DNA of 64,000 nt from a virus (taxonomy: Duplodnaviria > Caudoviricetes). The DNA is taken from positions 17,698-81,697 of IMG/VR virus record IMGVR_UViG_3300025678_000009, one strand, 5' to 3'. This document shows positions 58,064-64,000 of this stretch, piece after piece; the first letter of the stretch is position 1, and every line of letters begins with the position of its first letter. The position numbers were made by a program, and so were the translations under genes. Under the pieces are notes generated by a model. It searched no databases. It was not told the origin of the DNA and saw only the letters and a program-made list of their open reading frames with translations.

Positions 58064-58745
58064 AGCAAATAGAACTACACAATTATTACTTCCTTTTTAC
58101 AGCACTTTTGGAAATGAATTTATAAATAATTTCACAAATATTATAGGTTCTAAAGCTGAAAATATAAGATTATATATAGGAGATTCTAAATACAGTTCCT
58201 CGTACAAAGAAAAAAATGTGTTTATTAATGAACCAATTATTTTTGTTCAACTATTAGAAGAACCATTTAATTTTGAAAAACATCTTTTATATATACAATC
58301 TCATCAAAATTATATCACTGATTATGAACAAGAAAACTATAAAATAATAGTTTTTAAATTAGATGAACCTTATTTAACAGCATTAAAGAATTTAAAACAA
58401 TCAAAATACTCTAAAATGTATAATGATTCTTTATTAGATAAATTCTTTTCTGGTACAAGAGATTGGTATTTAATGTATGTAGATGATTATAAATCTGTTA
58501 TTTTCAATACCACTGTTAATAGAAAAGAGGTTACAGAAACTCAAATGAGAGATAAATGGGAATCAATTAATGCAGAAAACTTCTATAAAAATATCATTCT
58601 TAGTCCATATCATGTTTTTAAAAAAACAAAAAATTTAAAAACATTGTTAGAAATAATATATAATGCAAAAATACCTGAAGAAAATGAATTGGTTTCTGAA
58701 ATAAAATTAGAACAAGAAATATTAAATTATGAAATTGAAAATTAA
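58056..58745 (+). CDS. hypothetical protein
   Basis: 229-aa ORF. Confidence 0.65.
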   Translation: MIRANRTTQLLLPFYSTFGNEFINNFTNIIGSKAENIRLYIGDSKYSSSYKEKNVFINEPIIFVQLLEEPFNFEKHLLYIQSHQNYITDYEQENYKIIVFKLDEPYLTALKNLKQSKYSKMYNDSLLDKFFSGTRDWYLMYVDDYKSVIFNTTVNRKEVTETQMRDKWESINAENFYKNIILSPYHVFKKTKNLKTLLEIIYNAKIPEENELVSEIKLEQEILNYEIEN

Positions 58746-59184
58746 AAAATTACACCCAAATGCTGTAATTCCTAAACAAACTACAGAATTAGCTGGAGGT
58801 TGGGATGTTACCTGCACAGAAATTGTGCAGGAATCTCCTGACTTTATAATCTGTAAATTAGGATTTGCACTGCAACCACCAGCAGGTTATAGAGTAATAC
58901 TTGTTCCTAGGAGTTCTTTTACTAAAACTATATGGGTAATGCAAAATTCTCCAGGAACAGGAGATGCTGATTATTTAGGGGAATACCAATATAGACTAAG
59001 AGCATTACCTATTAGAAATAATGTATTAGGAACTGCTTTTGTATACCCAGAAGTTCCATTTAAAGTTGGAGATAGAATTGGACAGATTTATTTAGAGGAA
59101 GTAATTCCTATTGAATTTGAAGAAGTAGAAGAATTAACAGAAACAGAAAGAGGAACAAACGGTTTTGGAAGTACAGGTAAATAA
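58729..59184 (+). CDS. dut: trimeric dUTPase
   Basis: AGGWDV, PRSS, GTGDADYLGE, DRIGQ and RGTNGFGSTG. Confidence 0.92.
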   Translation: MKLKIKKLHPNAVIPKQTTELAGGWDVTCTEIVQESPDFIICKLGFALQPPAGYRVILVPRSSFTKTIWVMQNSPGTGDADYLGEYQYRLRALPIRNNVLGTAFVYPEVPFKVGDRIGQIYLEEVIPIEFEEVEELTETERGTNGFGSTGK

Positions 59185-59190
59185 ATAAAC

Positions 59191-59781
59191 ATGAATAACG
59201 AATTATTAAATTACTTTAAAGGGGACGAATTAGCAGCTAATGTATTTTTAAGTAAATACGCACAAGAAGGAGATATAACTCCAGATGAATTATGGAAATT
59301 GTGTGAAGATAATGCACATGCGATTTCAAATTATGGTAGAGTAATGAATATAGGAACTTTACATAAAAAAGATAAAAGAGGTAGAAGTGGTAAAGTGAAA
59401 CCTTTTATATTAAAAAATAGATTGAGTTCAAATAGTTATTATATTACTTATAATAATAATTTTATACATAGATTAGTAGCAGAAGCTTTTTTAAATAACT
59501 TAAATAATTACAAAGAAGTTAACCACATTGATGGAAATAAATTAAATAATCATGTTAATAATCTTGAGTGGTGTACAAGAAGTGAGAATATAAAACATAG
59601 TTATGATAAAAAATTAAGAATTAAATCTTCCGAAGAATCGTCAAAATTGACTACAAAAGACATAAACGAAATTAGAAAATTGTATTCCAGTGGTGATTAT
59701 TTACAAAAAGATTTAGGTATAAAATTCGGAATAAATCAACAACAAATTTCAAAAATAATAAATTACAAACAATGGAAGTAA
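59191..59781 (+). CDS. HNH homing endonuclease fused to a captured RNR N-terminus
   Basis: first ~35 aa resemble the RNR start; then IHRLVAEAF, VNHIDGNKLNN and HTH. Confidence 0.85.
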   Translation: MNNELLNYFKGDELAANVFLSKYAQEGDITPDELWKLCEDNAHAISNYGRVMNIGTLHKKDKRGRSGKVKPFILKNRLSSNSYYITYNNNFIHRLVAEAFLNNLNNYKEVNHIDGNKLNNHVNNLEWCTRSENIKHSYDKKLRIKSSEESSKLTTKDINEIRKLYSSGDYLQKDLGIKFGINQQQISKIINYKQWK

Positions 59782-62456
59782 GAACAGATGAAAATTTAAT
59801 GTTTCCTAATGATGAATTAGCAAGGTCAGTTTGGAAATCAAAGTATGCTCAAGAGAACGAAACTCATTATGACCAAATGCATAAAAGAATGGCAAAAGAG
59901 TTTGCAAGAGTTGAAACTAATTATATTTTAAAATTAGAAGATTCAGCTAAAGAAGTTCCTTTACTTTCAGAAGAAGGTAAGAAATATTACCAATATGGGC
60001 AACACCTTCTCTATGAAAGTAGAGATAAGGGTAAGAGTGTTTCTGAATTAGTACAAGAAAGAGTCTATAATCTCTTTAAAGATTTTAAATACATTATTCC
60101 TCAAGGTTCTATTATGTCTAATCTTGGTAATAAAGCAGTTACATCATTATCAAATTGCTTTGTTGTAGGACAACCTACTGATAGTTATGGTGGTATTTGT
60201 AAGAAAGATGAAGAGATGGCTCAACTTATGAAAAGAAGAGGAGGTGTAGGATTAGATATTTCTACTCTTAGACCCGCTACTACTAAAGTTAGTAATGCTG
60301 CTAAATCATCTACAGGTGCTGTTTCATTTATGCATAGATTTTCTAATACAACAAGAGAGGTTGCACAAGATGGAAGACGTGGAGCATTAATGTTATCTAT
60401 TGATATTAATCATCCAGATGTAATGGATTTCATTAAAATTAAAAGAGATTTAACTAAAGTTACAGGAGCAAACATTTCTATAAAACTTAATAAAGAGTTT
60501 ATGGAAGCTGTAGAAAAAGATGAAGATTATATACTTAGATACCCTTGTGATTTAGATTTATCTAAATTTACAAAAGAATATGTAAAAGCTAATTATAATG
60601 AGCTCCATTATATAGAAGATCATACAAATAATAATGAAGTTTGTTATGTAAAAACCATTAAAGCAAAAGAATATTGGGATGAGATTATTAAATCTGCTCA
60701 TGGTGTAGCTGAACCAGGATTAATGTTTTGGGATAACATGATTGATTATTCTCCTGATGGAGTGTATGAACAATTCAAAGCTATTACAACTAATCCATGT
60801 TTTAGCTACGAAACTAAAATATTAACTGCTTATGGATACGAAAGAATTGGAGATTTAGAAGGACAAGATATTGATTTTATAAATAAAGATGGTGAAGTTG
60901 TATCTGGAACAGTATTTAAATCAGGAGAAAAAGCTACTTACACATTAACTCTAAGTAATAAAGAAACAATTGTAACTACAATTGATCATAGATTTATGCT
61001 AACAGACGGTTCTGAAAAACAGGCTCAATATCTATCTAAAGAAGATAGATTAATGCCTTTTTTTATTTTGAATGATAAACTTAATGAATTTGTTAAATAT
61101 GGATTTATTCAAGGAGATGGATGTACAGGAAGACTAAATTCTCCTAATCATTTAGGTATAGAAGTTAATATTGGAGAAAAAGATGGAGATATTGCTAATT
61201 TATTTAATATAAAAGATATTGGAAAAAATTATTTAGGGGGATTTAATGAAATTTTAAAAGAGTTAGGATTCAGTTCTTCTTCTTTACCAAATAGAACTTT
61301 ACCGAAATCTTTTAATGATTGGTCTTCTGAAAACAAATTAATGTTTTTAAAAGGGTTGTGGTCTGCCAATGGAAGTATTATAAAAGGGCATCGGATATCT
61401 TTTAAATCTACTTGTAAAGAACTGATAATAGAATTAACTAAAGTATTAAAGGAATTTGAAATTGATAGTTACTTTACTACAAATAGGGCTAAAGAAGTAA
61501 AATTCTCCAATGGGATTTATTTATGTAAAGAGTCTTATGATTTAAACATATCTAAATATAATTCTATCCTTAATTTTGCAGAAAAAATTAGTTTTGTACA
61601 TAATTATAAACAGGATTCTTTAAAAGAACTTATACTATTGAAAGCTCCAAAAGTGTTATCTGCAAAAAATACAGAAGTTAGACCAGTTTATGATTTTACT
61701 TTAAATGATAATACTCATTGGGGTGTTATTCAAGGAGTTATAGCTCATAACTGCTCGGAGATTGGTATGCAGGAATATGATGCTTGTAGATTAATTGCTA
61801 TAAATTTATTCAGCTTTGTAGATAATACATTTACACCTGAAGCTACATTTGATTTTGAGAAATTCTATCAAATTAATTATGAAGCAATGAGATTAAGTGA
61901 CAATTTAATTGATTTGGAATTAGAACATATTGATAGAATTCTTAGAAAAATAGCTGAAGACCCCGAACCTTTTGAAGATAGAAGAACAGAATTTGAACTT
62001 TGGGAAAAGATTAAAAAGACTGCTGCTGCAAGTAGAAGAACAGGATTAGGATTTACTGCATTAGGAGATACTTTAGCAGCATTAGGTTTAAAATATGATT
62101 CGGATGAAGCCTTAGAGGTTATTGAAAAAATAATGTCTAAAAAGATGGAATCTGAATTAGATTGCACTATTGATTTAGCTGTTTTAAGAGGTAGTTTTAT
62201 TGGAGCTGATACTAAATTAGAGTTTGAAGATGATGGTTTAGGTAATTATACGGGTAAAAATAAATTTTATCAATTTTTAGCTACTGAATTTCCAGAGCAA
62301 ACTGAAAGAATGATTAAATTTAATAGAAGAAACGTGAGTTTTTCAACCGTTGCTCCTACAGGTACAGTAAGTATTATGACTCAAACTACTTCAGGCATTG
62401 AACCTTTGTTTATGCCTTTCTATATGAGAAGAGTTAAAATTAATCCAAATGAATAA
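59772..62456 (+). CDS. nrdJ: class II (B12-dependent) ribonucleotide reductase, N-terminal fragment, intein-containing
   Basis: SLSNCFV, RRGGVG, GRRGALM, TNP|CSEI, RRTGLG and TVAPTGT; ends at INPNE-stop. Confidence 0.9.
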   Translation: MEVRTDENLMFPNDELARSVWKSKYAQENETHYDQMHKRMAKEFARVETNYILKLEDSAKEVPLLSEEGKKYYQYGQHLLYESRDKGKSVSELVQERVYNLFKDFKYIIPQGSIMSNLGNKAVTSLSNCFVVGQPTDSYGGICKKDEEMAQLMKRRGGVGLDISTLRPATTKVSNAAKSSTGAVSFMHRFSNTTREVAQDGRRGALMLSIDINHPDVMDFIKIKRDLTKVTGANISIKLNKEFMEAVEKDEDYILRYPCDLDLSKFTKEYVKANYNELHYIEDHTNNNEVCYVKTIKAKEYWDEIIKSAHGVAEPGLMFWDNMIDYSPDGVYEQFKAITTNPCFSYETKILTAYGYERIGDLEGQDIDFINKDGEVVSGTVFKSGEKATYTLTLSNKETIVTTIDHRFMLTDGSEKQAQYLSKEDRLMPFFILNDKLNEFVKYGFIQGDGCTGRLNSPNHLGIEVNIGEKDGDIANLFNIKDIGKNYLGGFNEILKELGFSSSSLPNRTLPKSFNDWSSENKLMFLKGLWSANGSIIKGHRISFKSTCKELIIELTKVLKEFEIDSYFTTNRAKEVKFSNGIYLCKESYDLNISKYNSILNFAEKISFVHNYKQDSLKELILLKAPKVLSAKNTEVRPVYDFTLNDNTHWGVIQGVIAHNCSEIGMQEYDACRLIAINLFSFVDNTFTPEATFDFEKFYQINYEAMRLSDNLIDLELEHIDRILRKIAEDPEPFEDRRTEFELWEKIKKTAAASRRTGLGFTALGDTLAALGLKYDSDEALEVIEKIMSKKMESELDCTIDLAVLRGSFIGADTKLEFEDDGLGNYTGKNKFYQFLATEFPEQTERMIKFNRRNVSFSTVAPTGTVSIMTQTTSGIEPLFMPFYMRRVKINPNE
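60798..61751 (+). mobile_element. intein (318 aa) with LAGLIDADG domain
   Basis: CFSYET start, IAHN|C end, GFIQGDG and FLKGLWSANG; inserted just before the catalytic Cys of NPCxE. Confidence 0.92.
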
Positions 62457-62505
62457 AAAGTTAAAATAATTTTGTAATCCAATTTCTTTTCAGTAATTTT
62501 ATCTG

Positions 62506-63090
62506 ATGGACAGATATATACCAAGAATAGGAGATTCTTTTGGAGATTATAAAGTAATTTCAGAAGAAATATTTAGAGGAAACTCCAATAAGAAAAAAAT
62601 TAAAGTTCAATGTAAATGTGGAACTGAAAAGATTTTAGATTATGATTATTTAAAAAATTACTTGAATCCTATATGCAGTAAATGTGCTAAAAAAGAACAA
62701 CATAGAAAAATAATAGACAATAGAAAAAAGAATGGTACTTTACACAAAGGAATAGGCTGTTTGAATAAAACTTTTATTAATTCTATTAAACAATCTGCTA
62801 TTAGAAGAGGATATAAATGGTTGATAACTATAGAAGAGCTATGGTATCTATATTTAAATCAAGATAAAAAATGTAAATTAAGTGGTTTAGAAATTAATTT
62901 CTCAGAATACTTAAAAAAAGGAAGATATGACTTTAAAAATGCAAATGCTTCTTTAGATAGAATAGATTCTAGTAAAGACTATACATTAGATAATGTACAA
63001 TGGGTGCATAAAGATGTAAATCGCATGAAAAACATATTTAGTCAAGAATATTTTATTAAAATTTGTAAAAATGTCGCAGAAAAAAATTGA
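62506..63090 (+). CDS. His-Me finger/HNH-like homing endonuclease splitting RNR
   Basis: CxCG N-terminal module and SLDRIDSSKDYTLDNVQWVHKDVNRMK. Confidence 0.85.
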   Translation: MDRYIPRIGDSFGDYKVISEEIFRGNSNKKKIKVQCKCGTEKILDYDYLKNYLNPICSKCAKKEQHRKIIDNRKKNGTLHKGIGCLNKTFINSIKQSAIRRGYKWLITIEELWYLYLNQDKKCKLSGLEINFSEYLKKGRYDFKNANASLDRIDSSKDYTLDNVQWVHKDVNRMKNIFSQEYFIKICKNVAEKN

Positions 63091-64000
63091 TTTTATTGAT
63101 CAAAATGGAGATGCTTGGATTGAATATCCAATTTTGCATCCTAAATTTAAAGAATGGATTTTTAGGTCTCAAAATTGGAATCCTAATGAGCCTGAGTATA
63201 TAGATTCTTTATCTAAAGAAGAACTTCAAGATTTATTTGAAAAATCTCCTTGGTATGGTTCTACAGCTAATGATATTGACTGGGTTAAACGAGTTGAAAT
63301 TCAAGGTATCATACAAAAATATATTACTCACTCTATTTCTTCAACAATTAATCTCCCTGAAAATGTAAAAGAAGAAGAAGTTTCTAAAATCTATATGGAA
63401 TCTTGGAAGAAAGGTCTCAAAGGAATTACTGTTTATAGAGATGGTAGTAGAAGTGGCGTATTAGTGTCTACAGATACTAAGAAGAAGGAAGAATTTGAAT
63501 ACCACGATGCTCCTAAAAGACCTTCTGAACTTGCTTGTGATATACACCATCCAACAATCAAGAATACTAAATATACTGTAATTGTAGGTCTTTTACATAA
63601 TAAACCTTATGAAGTATTTGCAATTCCTTTTGAAGTTGCTAAGGGATATAAGAATGGTTTTTTATCTAAATCTAAATCAGGAGTTTATAATTTGATTGCA
63701 TCTCTTGATGAAAAATCAACAATCCATACAGATGTTACTGGTAATATGAGCGATAGTGAAGCAATAATAACTAGATTAATAAGTACAGCACTCAGACACG
63801 GAAGTTCAATAGATTTCATTGTAGAACAATTAAAAAAATCACATGGGGATATTACTTCTTATACTAAAATTTTAGCAAGAGTATTATCTAAATATGTAAA
63901 ACCAAAAAAATTAAAAGAATCTTGCCCAGAGTGCGGACAGGAAACTATGATGAGAGAAGAAGGATGTACAAAATGCACCTCTTGCGGATATTCTAAATGT
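63071..64000 (+). CDS. nrdJ: class II RNR C-terminal fragment, open to the window end
   Basis: translated by hand: MSQKKIDFIDQNGDAW...QKYITHSISSTINLP...KGITVYRDGSR...CPECG...CTSCGYSKC; no stop before 64000. Confidence 0.9.
   Translation, partial: MSQKKIDFIDQNGDAWIEYPILHPKFKEWIFRSQNWNPNEPEYIDSLSKEELQDLFEKSPWYGSTANDIDWVKRVEIQGIIQKYITHSISSTINLPENVKEEEVSKIYMESWKKGLKGITVYRDGSRSGVLVSTDTKKKEEFEYHDAPKRPSELACDIHHPTIKNTKYTVIVGLLHNKPYEVFAIPFEVAKGYKNGFLSKSKSGVYNLIASLDEKSTIHTDVTGNMSDSEAIITRLISTALRHGSSIDFIVEQLKKSHGDITSYTKILARVLSKYVKPKKLKESCPECGQETMMREEGCTKCTSCGYSKC

Noticed and set aside
1185-62167. Opposite-strand or nested ORFs overlapping clear genes (1185, 8865, 21474, 23249, 25926, 27009, 28064, 38596, 39673, 43679, 45524, 45766, 46668, 48992, 49465, 53740, 54395, 57278, 61877)
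   Set aside because: These are shadow ORFs with hydrophobic, biased composition lying over better-supported genes.
62457-63085. Group I intron in nrdJ
   Set aside because: Only ~50 nt of AT-rich non-coding sequence is present, I recognise no P4-P6 core, and fragment b has its own ATG. A GACTA/TAGTC pair inside the endonuclease ORF is probably coincidental. RT-PCR is needed to exclude it fully.
1-64000. Alternative genetic code (TAG or TGA recoding)
   Set aside because: Long conserved genes are intact in code 11 and many genes end in TGA or TAG at sensible positions. The two internal stops seen are isolated and of different types.
1-64000. tRNA, rRNA and integrase genes
   Set aside because: I recognised none by eye; tRNAscan-SE/ARAGORN and an HMM search would be needed to exclude them.

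Overview
This is a 64-kb segment of a large, very AT-rich phage genome, most likely a lytic virus of Bacteroidota. The host call rests on TAnnTTTG -7 promoter boxes, A-rich translation starts without Shine-Dalgarno sites, and gene families typical of such phages. Layout: (i) 43-3567, the end of a leftward gene block (PD-(D/E)XK nuclease, ClpP-like protein). (ii) About 3600-5000, a divergence zone. (iii) 4984-15700, small early-type genes interleaved with many structured non-coding elements, including a DUF6745-like gene with a 34 x 12-bp coding tandem repeat. (iv) 15729-25407, a glycosyltransferase/methyltransferase cluster interrupted by a GC-richer block (about 16870-19040) that is an integron-like gene-cassette array; no integrase is present in the window. 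(v) 25769-39327, the replication module (SF2 helicase, GHKL ATPase, family A DNA polymerase, DnaB-like helicase, AAA ATPase, primase). (vi) 39391-55157, many small accessory genes, rIIA/rIIB-like genes, a DNA methyltransferase and GIY-YIG endonucleases. (vii) 55161-64000, an exonuclease, RecA, dUTPase and a class II ribonucleotide reductase locus invaded three times: an HNH gene that captured the RNR N-terminus, an intein at the catalytic Cys, and an apparently intron-less HNH insertion that splits RNR into two genes. The strongest novelty candidates are the phage-borne cassette array with non-canonical attC-like sites whose loops supply start codons to the next cassette, and the split RNR. 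All family names come from motif recognition by eye, not from database searches.
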